Assembly (NCBI GenBank): GCA_024626585.2
Contig: JANKJI020000002.1
Location: forward strand, 91,129,786-91,155,643
Length of the DNA: 25,858 nt
Reading direction: 5' to 3'
DNA from: Ginkgo biloba
Taxonomy: Eukaryota > Plantae > Ginkgophyta
Shown: positions 11,454-22,895 of the stretch, one piece after another
Position numbering within the stretch: position 1 is the stretch's first letter
How the letters are laid out: every line of letters starts with the position of its first letter
Translations under genes and position numbers: made by a program
The notes under the pieces: generated by a model
The model's input: the letters and a program-made list of their open reading frames with translations, nothing else
Database searches by the model: none
Told to the model about the DNA's origin: nothing

Positions 11454-11640
11454 ATGGCGCGAGATCGAATCCTGCCGAAGAGCGTAGAGAACAAGATCAA
11501 TCGGCAGGTGACGTTTTCAAGGCGCCGGAATGGATTGCTCAACAAAGGCTTCTGAATTTTACACCTAGTGCGATGCGTAAGGTCTCGCCTTGATAATTTT
11601 CTCCAACCGAGGCAAAATCTACGGAGACTCCACTTGCAGG
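11454..11640 (+). pseudogene. Degenerate MIKC-type MADS-box domain exon (AP1/FUL-SEP-AGL6 superclade-like)
   Basis: From ATG 11454: [31 protein letters not shown]. After a +1 shift at ~11547: ASEFYT*CDA*GLALIIFSNRGKIYGDSTCR. This aligns by eye with the consensus [57 protein letters not shown]. Stops at 11566-68 and 11578-80. There is no GT donor at the expected exon end. Confidence 0.88.
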
Positions 11641-12181
11641 AAGGGGCATCAAGTATCGACGGCAATTTTTTCCTTTTCTTCGTCCTATATCCCACTTTGG
11701 ATGCACTAACACGTCAAAGAATCCGACGATAGTATGGAGGAGGGATTAATGTATAGCTGGATTGTACATGCCAGTGTCCTGGGACGTTCTCAAGCGTACC
11801 TTAACTTTGTGTGGTCTTGTCTCGCACAACTGTTCGCCCTTGAGAGAATTTTTAAAATTTTCTTTGTGTTTAATAGAGTTTTGAAATCCGCCATAGAATA
11901 GAAATCCAAATACAGTGACAAGAACTTGCACTGTTTCTCATCATTCCTCCTTAACTGTAGACGTCTGTAGACTCTGTACCATGTGTGCAAATTTCGTTCA
12001 CAGGAGTTTCCTGTGAATTAACAGAGTGACGTGTCATAGGCTTTTAAGGGTGCGTTTGCCAAGACGTTTATTCAAAGGGAAAATTCACTAAAATTAGGGA
12101 CTTACGAGCACATGACTCTTGTTTTCTAAGGAGTGGAGAGAAATATTGCATTTTAAATGGATTTTATTTATTAATGCTTAG

Positions 12182-13757
12182 GTGACATTGGGTCCATTCG
12201 ACCCACATGATTTGAATGAGCCTCTTGTGTGGACTGTTTTGGATGTTGGTAACAATTATAGCCACATTCGTCCTTTTGACCAAATTAGTCTAACTTTGCA
12301 TGTCAAGGATAGTCATATAAGCGATGGAAGCTCCCTCTTTCTTTATCCATGGATCAATACAAAGAACCAACGTTGGAAGATCGCCACAACAAGTAAGTTA
12401 CACAACTCAGCAAGAAAAGAAGAAGAGGAGGTAGGTGTGTGTGGAGAGAGAGAGAGAGGTAAATTTATGGTAATTATTGCTAAATTTTAATCCTCATCCA
12501 AGCAACAACAACAGTGCATGTTTATTGTGAAGTTGATTGTCACTATTGCTTATCTCAAATAAATGGTGTTGTTATATTGGCTCAGCTTAATCCATTCGAT
12601 TCTCGTCAGGTTAGTATTAATTAGTAAAATTTAAGTGGTTATAATTCTGTTATATGTATTAATGCAACACTTATGTAATTTTATAGTTTTCAATGTACTT
12701 ATAGTAATCTCCAATTGAGATAGATAGGAAGATTAGTCGTATTTAACATCCTAGTTATAGGGTGTGTTATATACTAACTTCTACCATGTATAATTGTTAT
12801 TTTTCATATCATTTTTATTTATTTTGCATATACTTAGCTTTTTCAATGTGATTTTAATTCATAATCTATTAATAAAATATTAAAATAAATTAATCATTGA
12901 TACCACATATTTTTCACCTATCATGGATGGTCTTAAAACCCCACCTTCTATATTGTATAAGTATCTATAGCAAATAGTCTTTGTTATATTTCAACAATCA
13001 ATTAAATATGAGATTATAAAGTACAAATATATGTGACTATGTATTATGTTATATACACTCATCCTTGTAATGTAATTTTAATATGATAGATTATTTTTTG
13101 TAAGGAATCAATTGATTGCTTAGGCATGGAGGAATATATTTAGTAGAATGATTGATGGTTGTTGAAATTAAATTTTGTAGCAATGGATTGTGGACACTTC
13201 ATGGGAAAAAAAGGAGAAAGATGAAGCAGGATTCCCAGCATTTGCCTTGATAAACAAATCTAGTGGTCAGGCATTACGACACGATAAACTTGTACAAGGA
13301 GAACAAGTAGATATCCCAACTTTTATTTGGTTATCAATCTAGTTATGCATAAAATGTTTGCATTTGAATGATAAAGATATATAATGTTTTCTAGAGATAT
13401 GTAATGTTTTCTTTGCTTTGATGGTCAGATCATGGTGGGTCCATACATCCCTCAAGATGTTTCAAACATTAATGTGGCTCTTTGGACACGCCCTTATGTT
13501 AGAAATGGCTATGATTGTATTAGAGCGATGGACAACATTACTCTTAATATGGATGCTGAGGGCGGAATAGTAAGGGACGGAACTAAGGTCATTCTCTATG
13601 GATGGAACAACGGAAAAAATCAACATTGGAAATTTGTCCACAATGTAAGTTTGAAATTAATTTAGTTTTATCTTTTCTTTTAATTTAATTTAGTAATGGT
13701 ATATGAGTAGCAATTAGTTGTAATTAATTTTAATGTACTTTATGATGGATGTAGTGA
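12182..13757 (+). CDS. Euonymus lectin (EUL / ricin B-like) domain protein, tandem-domain type, 5'-incomplete; exons 12182-12392, 12503(or 12515)-12609, 13181-13306, 13429-13644, stop exon 13755-13757
   Basis: Exons are bounded by AG/GT with consistent phases. They translate as VTLGPFDPHDLNEPLVWT..DVGNNYSHIR..ISDGSSLFLYPWINTKNQRWKI | TTVHVYCEVDCHYCLSQINGVVILAQLNPFDSRQ | QWIVDTSWEKKEKDEAGFPAFALINKSSGQALRH..GEQ | IMVGPYIP..ALWT..NGYDCIRAMDNITLNMDAEGGIVRDGTKVILYGWNNGKNQHWKFVHN | TGA. These match EUL family motifs (KDE.G.PAFAL.NK.TG.A..H, VRDGT...LW.W..G.NQ.WK). No internal stops in the exons. The last stop exon is less certain. Confidence 0.85.
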
Positions 13758-13897
13758 ACAAGTAGCAGTTGCTGGATTTTAGATATTAAAACAAACAAAG
13801 AAGCATTACTATGGTTGCTTGGATTGAATTTTGTGTTGCTTTATATCTCTTTTGATATGGAATATATCAAGCTTCAAGCAAGTGTATACTGATACAT

Positions 13898-13903
13898 AAT
13901 AAA
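13898..13903 (+). promoter_or_regulatory. Possible polyadenylation signal (AATAAA) of the EUL lectin gene
   Basis: AATAAA about 140 nt after the predicted TGA. The AT-rich context makes a chance match likely. Confidence 0.3.
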
Positions 13904-15942
13904 ATGTAAATAATGTCAGATGCACATGGTGGGGAGTTATATTTTTAATATTCTTTAATTTATAGTATGAAGAGTTAAATGAAGGTGTAATATATTATAT
14001 TACTACATTTATAATAATATTTTGATCTCATAATAGTTAGTATTTAGTCAACTCTAGTTGATTATTAAGTTAGTCATAATTAAGGATGTGTTCTAATAAC
14101 AAATTGTTTATTTTTTGAATGGAGTAATCTAAATGTTATTAAATAATTAATCTGATGATAAAAGGTTAGAAGTCTCATTAGGTTTGTTATTTTTTGTCTT
14201 ATTTTTTATGTGTATAACTAGTATAAATTCATTACAAAATATTATAATAATACTATCTAATTGTCCTTTCATACTATATAATGAAAAAGTTAGGATCAAA
14301 ATAATAAAATCTTAGAAATGACTTTCTTAAAATGAATACACTAGGAGATTTGTGAGGATGGTTTTATATGAGATGCTCATGGATAATTCATAATCACTTG
14401 AATAAAGACATGCTAAATTTTCAACTTGCATTAAAATAATACACTTGTTGATTTTTATTCATACTCACCTCTAAGGATTTGCATCTATATGTTATGTTGT
14501 ACCACTCCATAACATCTAGACTATTAACATTGACAGTGTTGAATTAAAGATATGGTTGAATGTTCTAATGCCACAAAATTAATATTTTCACTAATTTATA
14601 TATGACCAAGAATTCTAATAAAAACACTTAAAAGATACAATATATTACATTTCCAATAACAATCCTAGATTCCTTTGATCATTGTTGAAAATTATAAATG
14701 GCAAGTAGAATAAGAACATAAAGTAGTTAAAGGGATTATTGAAATTAAAGAAATATGCATTGAACACTGAGTTGCACATGTATTAAATGTCTCAAAAAGT
14801 GCATGGGAGCTTTGTATGCAGTGTAGTTACTATTCTTCACCTTCATACTTGAAATTTTAAACAATTATGTAAATAGATTTTGCATTGATGGATAGTAACG
14901 GGCTTATAGAGTTTACTAATCTTCACATTCTAAGATTCTATATTTAAAAAATAAGTTGTATATTTGTCCATTAGATTAAAAATTAAGGAACCAAAAGAGA
15001 AAATGGTCTTGGAGTTCATAAGGGGTTTGTAATACCAACTTATGCACGAGATTCAGTTGTTTCCTCTATATTATATTTAATAAGGAATAAAAACACTTAG
15101 TCATTCTATAAAAAAGGTAAACACAAAATAGAAAGAGTGCATATCATTCTTCTTCATTAGAGGAAGATTGGTAGGATTCATTAAACAAATACCACACACT
15201 ACCAAGATCCCTAAGGAAAATAAAGAAAAATAGACATTTCCATTACCACAGGGTATATGAGTATTTAGATGATGAGTGTATTACCCAATATTTAGAGCTA
15301 GCACATAAATCATTGCAAAAAACACATGAGATGAATTCACCTTCTTTATTCTCTACAACTAATGTACCAACACTTTATAATATATTACACACATAATGGG
15401 TNNNNNNNNNNNNNNNNNNNNNNNNNNNNNNNNNNNNNNNNNNNNNNNNNNNNNNNNNNNNNNNNNNNNNNNNNNNNNNNNNNNNNNNNNNNNNNNNNNN
15501 NAGAGTTGGCATGCGTCTGTTTTAAGCTCTAGGCTCTTAATGTTATGCCTGCTAGGACGCATGTGTTTTTTATATTAAAGCGCCATAGGGTTGCCGAGGG
15601 GTGAAAATATCCAGCTCCAGCTATTTTCTAAAGCACCAATAATAGTGTAAGAAAAGATTCTAGCATGTTAATGACACGCGTTTAGCGCCTGGGATTCTGA
15701 AAACATCATGATGATGATCACGTTTCTGAATTAGCCTTGAATATACGGCTACACCAAAACGTTTAAAATTTTCAATTCCGTTATGATGGAAACATGTTAA
15801 GTGCGTCATCCAAGAAGCCTCGGGCTTACAAATTTTAAGTAGAAAATGTTTAAAAATACTTTGAAGTCCAACAATACTTGAAGGCCACGAAAAAAGTGAT
15901 TCCCTTGGTTCACAATTCTCGCGATTTTACCTCTCATAGTGT

Positions 15943-16427
15943 TGTTGATAATATCCTAGAGAAGTAAATGCTTATTGTTCGAAAAAAATTAGAAATGGAG
16001 AAGTTACACTTCACATACAAAAACAAATTTTCACATAAAGAAGGTTTTTTCTATTAATGAAAAAATAATTCATACAAGCTCTTATATAAACAACATGAGA
16101 AGAAAATTTCAAATTTGTTTCTCTCTAAGAATGGAGTAATGAATTTACTTATACAAATGTGAAAATTTTAAGAAATGAAGAGTCACATAGATCTAAAGTT
16201 ATCACCTCACAAGTTGGAGTTATGTGCATGTGAGAGAATATGTCAAATATAAAAAAAGAGAACACGTGTGAAGAAGGACACATGGATGGTGGAATTACTA
16301 AAGAGCATAAAGAAAGACTCTTACAACTCACAAACCCAAATTAAAAGTTCTATCTCAAACTTAGAAAATAAATAGTAGGAACAATATTCCTAATACAAGA
16401 CTTAGGAATTAAACACTATTCCTAACA
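15943..16427 (-). mobile_element. 3' LTR of Ty1/copia element
   Basis: Minus strand starts TGTTAGG right after a short purine tract (GGGGAG, 16428-16433) and ends ...ATCAACA. TATATAAG box at ~16081-16088. Left boundary is 15940 or 15943. Confidence 0.65.
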
Positions 16428-16439
16428 CTCCCCAATAAT

Positions 16440-18980
16440 GTTTAATCCATTATCTCTCACACCAAGAAGATTTCTAAACTTCTCCCAACTCAATGATTTA
16501 GTGAGAATGTCAATAATATGATCCTTAGTTGGAAAATAGATCAACTTAACTACCTTATACTACACCTACTCTCAAATAAAGTGATGGTGAGCTTTCACAT
16601 GCTCTGTCCTAGTGTGGAACACTGAATTCTTTGAAAGTTATATTGCACTCTAATGATGTCAAAAAATAATTGTGTTAGATCATCTTGTAGAAGCCAAAAT
16701 GACTAAGAATCCTTCTCATCCAAATTGCCTCACAAGTACCTATAACTACAGCCTTATATTCTGCCTTAGTGGAATATAAGGAAATTATAGCATGTTTCTT
16801 ACTACACCAAGAAATCACACCAAAATTAAATAAAAATATATCCTGATGTAGATTTCCTCTCATCAATGTATCTAATCCAATCTGAATATGTGAAGACTTT
16901 TAGTTTGAACTCATCACATGTAGAAAACAAGAATCCAATATGAAAGTGCCTTTCACATATTTGAGTATCCTCTTCGTAACTTATCAATGAGAGATGGATG
17001 GATTACTCATAACTCGAGATACAATACCAATAGAATAATTAATGTTAGGCCTAGTGGTAGTCAAATAAATTAGACTTCCCACTAACTACCTATACAATTT
17101 AGCATCAACGATTCTACCATCTGCGTCCTTAGTCAATTTGACACCTACTTCCATAAGAGTAGCCATAGGCTTAACATCCTCCATATGGAAATATCTTAAT
17201 AGACTATATGCATATTTATATTGAGATACAAAGATGATGTTACTCTTCTACCAAATTTCCATCTCAAGATAATAATGCAAAAGACCTAGATCAGACATCT
17301 CAAAAGCTTTACAAAGTTACTTTTTGAGAGAGTTGATCTTTAAAGTGTCACTAGCCGTAATGATGAGATCATCAACATACAATGAAATTATGAGTATTTC
17401 ACCATCCTCATGTTTTACATATAATATATGACCAGTTAGATTCACATCTAGTGAGTTTATGAGAAATGAAGTAATCGTCAATGCATGAATACCACGCACC
17501 TTTGGTGCTTGCTAAAGCCCATATAGATCTTTCTTCAACTTGTAGACAAGATGGTCCTTTTTAACCTAGATAAAACCTTCGAGTTGCTCCATGTAGACCT
17601 ATTCATCAAGAATGTCATGAAGAAAAACACTTTTTACATCCATTTGGTGAAGTTCCTAGCCAAATTGAGATGCAAGATTAATCGGCATTCAGATAGTCGT
17701 CATCTTTGTCACAGGTGCAAAGGTTTCCTATAAATCCACACTTGTAACTTAAGCATAGCCTTTGGCCACAAGTAGAGCTTTGTACTTGTCAACTACACCA
17801 TCATATCGATACTTCACTTTATAGACCCATATGCAACTAATGGTCTTCTTGTTTGAAGGCAGTTCAACAAGATCCCAAATGTCATTCTTAATGATAGAGT
17901 CATACTTATCCTTCATGGCTTTTTACCATTAAATTGAATATTTTGCTTCTTTGAATGATACGAGTTCATCAATGCTTAGTACATTAGACATTAAAGCATA
18001 ATTAATTTATGTTTATTTATGTTCACTTCTTATTTGAACACCCTCATTAACACTAATATCTTTAATGTTGATTGTAGAATCTTTTGTGGTTTCCAAGTAC
18101 CACTTAGGTAAATCGATTTGAGAAGGAGGAGCATAAGAAGAAGAAGAAGGCACCTCAGAACTTCCCTTACACTCTTCATTCTTTACATCAGCTTCACTTT
18201 TTCACTCACTAACATCTTTGCCTTTAACATTTATAATAAGAATAATGACTTCATTAGACTCATCAAATAAGAAATCCCTATTGATTACAATCTTTTTCTC
18301 TATAAGATTCTAGAGCCTATATGCTTTGGATGACTCACTATACTAGATGATGATACACTTTTAACTTTTATCATCAAGCTTTTACCTTTTTACATCAAGT
18401 ACATGTACATAGGCATTACATCCAAAAATACGAAGATTACATACACAGGGTTTTTTGCCATACTAGGTTTCTTCTAGAGTTACATTTCAAACAACCTTGG
18501 TAAGACTTCTACATAATAAGTATACAATTGTATTTATAGCTTCACCCCAAAAACCATTTGATACATTCCTAGCCTTAAGCATACGTATGCCCATCTCCAT
18601 AATTGTGTGATTCTTCCTTTTGACTACGCCATTTTGCTATGGAGTATAAGATGTTACAAACTATTATTGAGTGCCATAATATTCTCCTTCGATGTCGCTC
18701 CTTAAGATTTTTATCTTCATTCCAGAGAAGATTTCAACTTCAGCCTTGAATTTCTTAATCTTAGCAAATGCCTCAATTTTTTTTCTAAGAAGATAGATCC
18801 AAGTGAGGTCATCAATGAAGGTCATAAAATATCTTGACCCTCTAAGTGAAGCAGTTTTGAAAGGTCCACACAAATCATAATGAACCAACTCTAATTTGTT
18901 CTTGGCTTGCTAACTAGACTTATCAAATTGCTCCCTATGATGCTTCCCTAGTGCACATGTGCTACAAATTTTGTTATATT
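16440..18980 (-). mobile_element. Ty1/copia pol (GAG-pre-integrase, integrase, RT, RNase H), degenerate and 5'-truncated
   Basis: ICSTCALGKHHR, VHYDLCGP...YFMTFIDD...KILRSDIEGEY (integrase), SLYVDDLII (RT) and ISWCSKKHAIISLYSTKAEYKA (RNase H), in copia order INT-RT-RH. Many stops. Confidence 0.93.
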
Positions 18981-19699
18981 TGTACATCCAATGGGGTTCG
19001 ATAATTTTTTCAATGGGGGATACTATATCCCCAAGCATCTCACCTAGAGGTAGCGAGAGTGTAGGAAACTCAACCCAGATTGGGCATGCAAATCACACAA
19101 CATTATCGATAGAAAAATCAACTACTAAGTAGTTCAACACTATCAGGTTTCTTCTATATTTCTAAGACCCTTGAAGTAGCACTTGGTTGGAAGAGTATAC
19201 ATTATTAAAGGTAAATGAATAAAATCCCTTAGTGAGGTAGCGAATGGAAAAAACTTTCCAACCAAAAGCTTCCCACACCTCTTTCACCCATTAACGTAGA
19301 ATGAGCGCAGGTGGAGGTCGACCTATGAAATACCCAATCAACATGGTTGAGGTAAAATCATAACTAACAACATCAACCTTGTCAGGATATAATGCTATAA
19401 TAGGAGGAGGGGAGGGAGTACTAAGCTCACCTTGTAGAATACTTTGGGTACAAATTTATGGGTTTTTTTGGGTGCTATCCTGCTCTGTTTACAACCTAGA
19501 TTGAAATTCAAAGGGTACGAGAGCTTGAGCACCAACCTACAAGGAGCCTAATGGTTCTATAATGGCCATGAAAAGGAATTTAAAACCTACCTACTACAAA
19601 TCAATTTTATTCATCATGAATCACCCTAAGCTTCGAGCTCATGGAATTTTTCTACATGACTTAGCAAAGCTTTTTTCAAACCCTAGTGATGACTATCTT

Positions 19700-20683
19700 T
19701 GATTCTAGTAGCTAAAGAAATATAATTTCAAAGACCATAATGATGCAGTTCAATTTGCTAACAACTGAACATCCATCACCCTGTACCTTGGGTTGGTTAA
19801 ACAAGGAAGTAGAGCACACAATCAATAAACAACATAAATTCAATTTTACTATATATAAGGGCTTAATTAATGAAATAGAGTGTGATATGGTGCTATTAAA
19901 GGTATGTAGGGTCATCTTTAGAAACCCATATCTATGAGATAGAAATGTGGAATTCAAGAGAAGACCAAACTAATATAGGTTGGTAAAAGGAGATCAAGCC
20001 TATCAAGGGAAATCTAGAGCCAATTTTTCTTATCACTATAGTGTAAGCCAAAAGGCTTCTTAATACCTCCCAAATGTTTATCTTGTTAATATTGAGACTC
20101 ACAAAGATGCCATTAGCAAATGACTATGGGGTAGACTCAGTTGTTTAAGATGTAGTATAGAATAGATAACTTGATATCGTACTGCATAGATATGGTAATG
20201 TCTTTATAGATCCTAAAGGAATACTTCCTATGAGAGTTATTAAACACATTATTAAATTGTAACAAGGAGTAATCCTTCCAAATTTATCTCTTTATAGGAT
20301 CTCAATCTTGGAGAATGAAGAAATCAAGAAGCAACTCCAATAGTTTCTTGATAGAGGGCATGTTAAGCCTAACACTTCACCTTATATATGTTTAGAAGTT
20401 TTGGTGCTTGAGAAAGATGGATCTTAGAAAATGTGTGGGGAATATAAATCCTTGAATATTATCATAGTGAAGAATAAGTATATGTTACCAAGGATAGAGG
20501 ATTTGTTAGGTTAGCTTTTATCCAAATAGGCCTCAAGTAAGGATACCATCAAGTCAATATCAAAGAAGAATCCATATGGAAGAATACCTTCAAGATAAGG
20601 ACATGATTATTTAAATAGATGGTTATGCCATTTAGGCTAACCAATGCACTAACAACCTTTATGAGGCTGATGAATAAGGTACT
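19700..20683 (+). mobile_element. Ty3/gypsy protease-RT remnant
   Basis: HPSPCTLGWLNK...ECDMV...IFRNPYL, then RT-like ENEEIKKQL..FLDRGHVKPNTSP, KDGS*KMC, VKNKYMLPRIEDLL, GYHQV, VMPFRLTNALTTFMRLMNKVL. Truncated before the YxDD motif. Confidence 0.88.
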
Positions 20684-21026
20684 TGTTGATGGTCCCAAGG
20701 GTGACACCCAGAGCATATGGTGGGATAAGGCTAACCAATCTACTTTAGTCTAGAGTGGGGAATGGTGTCATGATGGGGTCAACAAAGAGGGGCCAAGTGG
20801 CCCTCCACTTCAGTAGGGGCAGTTCGCTTTAAGGATCACAAATCACTGAAAATAAAAGGTAAAAGGGGTAAAGAGCCCAAAATGAAACTTATTATGTACA
20901 CTATCCACAATATCCACAAGTGATTTCAAAAGGGTGTGTGGTGTTTGGCTTAATGCCATGGAAAAATGATAGTAGGGAAGAGAAAGGAAGGAGAGGAAGA
21001 GGGGAGAAGAAACTATAAAAAATAGA
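20684..21026. mobile_element. Possible LTR fragment inserted into the gypsy RT
   Basis: RT homology stops abruptly and the following sequence begins TGTTG; it ends at an N gap. Confidence 0.35.
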
Positions 21027-21126
21027 NNNNNNNNNNNNNNNNNNNNNNNNNNNNNNNNNNNNNNNNNNNNNNNNNNNNNNNNNNNNNNNNNNNNNNNNNN
21101 NNNNNNNNNNNNNNNNNNNNNNNNNN

Positions 21127-21240
21127 CTTTAACTTTGAAGTCTTTCATGGTTTGCAAATACCACTTAGGTAGTTTGTTTTAAGGAGAAGAAAAAGATTCA
21201 TCATGACTTGCCTCAAACTCTTCAATATTTACATCAATAC
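21127..21240 (-). mobile_element. Short Ty1/copia fragment related to 18080-18190
   Basis: taccacttaggta is shared with 18098-18110; both encode LPKWYL.T.KD on the minus strand. Confidence 0.55.
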
Positions 21241-21914
21241 TTATTTTAAGAGCATACAATTGATTTCTCAAGTATAAACTCAAATTCTATTATGTGTCTC
21301 ATATAAATATTCCAAAGTCTTTAATTCATCCTTTAAATAAGTCTTCCCTTGAAGATGAGCAATCAAGCCATTAGCCACAAATAATCTAATAATTGTTAAG
21401 GCTTCTTGATTACAATCCTTCCATTCAACCACTTTATCCGCTAGACTTAAAGTTTTTTTTTTTCATTCAACAATATTTGTCAGTCTTTTCAAAGCTAGAA
21501 TACTTAAAATTTTTAACTTTCACATAATATAATTTCTTCTATTCAATGTGTAAATCACACAAAATATATCTATTAATGTTAACACTTGACATTTTAATAC
21601 ATGAAATATGAAGAAAATTATGCTAAATANNNNNNNNNNNNNNNNNNNNNNNNNNNNNNNNNNNNNNNNNNNNNNNNNNNNNNNNNNNNNNNNNNNAAAT
21701 CTGACTAAAAAAGGACTGAATATAGCTTTAAAAGCTCAAAACCAAAGTTAAGCTCTATTTTGCAGAGTTAAGCACCTTTAAACATGTGACCACAGGCTAA
21801 AAAGGTAAAGGGGCAAATATATGAAATTATCAAATTTGGTTTAATTTATTCAAACATTAGAACTATAAAATAATTTTGTATTTTTTTAATTTACAGTAAG
21901 ATAACATGTGCATG

Positions 21915-22895
21915 CGGACTATGGGTGATCTCGAGCAGGTTCTACTTCTACAACTTCTCGATTCTCCTTTGAAAGTCGATCCAACACTAAAGATAGACAC
22001 TTCGACCTTAGTGAACCTAACTACGGGTTAGCCTACATGTACATACTTGTGTGAACCTATGGAAGGTTTTCAAATATTAAAGTGGCTTGTCGATGATTGT
22101 AGAGGCCGATTCAAATATTCTAGAAGTGAGGACGAGAGTCAACAAGAGGAAGGAGTACCAAATCTGTGTCTTCAAGAAAACCTATTCCACTCAAGTTGTA
22201 GTCGTCTTTACAGAGCTTCGTAGAAGTGATGGTTGTCCATTTCCATAAACAATAAAACCAATCCTATGTCATGAGCGCCAATAAATGATTATGGAATCTT
22301 GCTCAACATCCTCTAGAAAATGATAGATGACTTTTTTAACAACGTTGGTTCAAAAAAATGACATAACACCCTAAAAAGTTCGTACAACACAAAGGATCAA
22401 GATAGATTCTACAACAAAGCCTCAATTAAGAGAACCTCTAAGTGTGCACAAATCTTCTTAAAAAATGTTGAGGAAACCTCTTCTTCAACTCCAATGGGAG
22501 NNNNNNNNNNNNNNNNNNNNNNNNNNNNNNNNNNNNNNNNNNNNNNNNNNNNNNNNNNNNNNNNNNNNNNNNNNNNNNNNNNNNNNNNNNNNNNNNNNNN
22601 AAAAAAAAAGAATCATGAGTTATAGCCATTAATTATGACCCCTAGATAAACTACCAAATCATGACACACACTCTAATTTCACCTTGACCTCGAAGCATGT
22701 AATGCATCAGCCTTCTTTTAACCTTGGGCCTACCCCAGCACTACGATTTTCTCATGAATTTTAAATAGGGGCCTGAGGTTGATTTAGTTTAATTTTAAAA
22801 TTAAAATTAAAATTAATTTTAAAATTGAGGTTGTTGATACAAATCTCTCGTAATGCATGTCAACATGTGTGCAGTGGAGATTTTTAGTATCAACA
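21915..22895 (-). mobile_element. Putative LTR (22286-22895) plus TGGCG-type PBS (22280-22266) and leader of another LTR element
   Basis: Minus strand begins TGTTGATAC at 22895 and reads ...CATTTATTGGCGCTCATGAC at the other end. It abuts a truncated gag at 22896. Contains an N gap. Confidence 0.45.

Noticed and set aside
11342-11695. ORFs 11342-11695 (-) and 11399-11593 (+) as genes
   Set aside because: They are antisense and off-frame shadows of the decayed MADS exon; no independent motif.
11731-11760. ag|TATGGAGGAG as MADS exon 2 (SME...)
   Set aside because: The following residues (GLMYSW) do not match the usual I-domain (ILERY) and there is no good polypyrimidine tract.
12050-12150. Possible remnant of the missing EUL exon B
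   Set aside because: Only patchy nucleotide resemblance to 13275-13310; no FAL.NK motif seen in translation.
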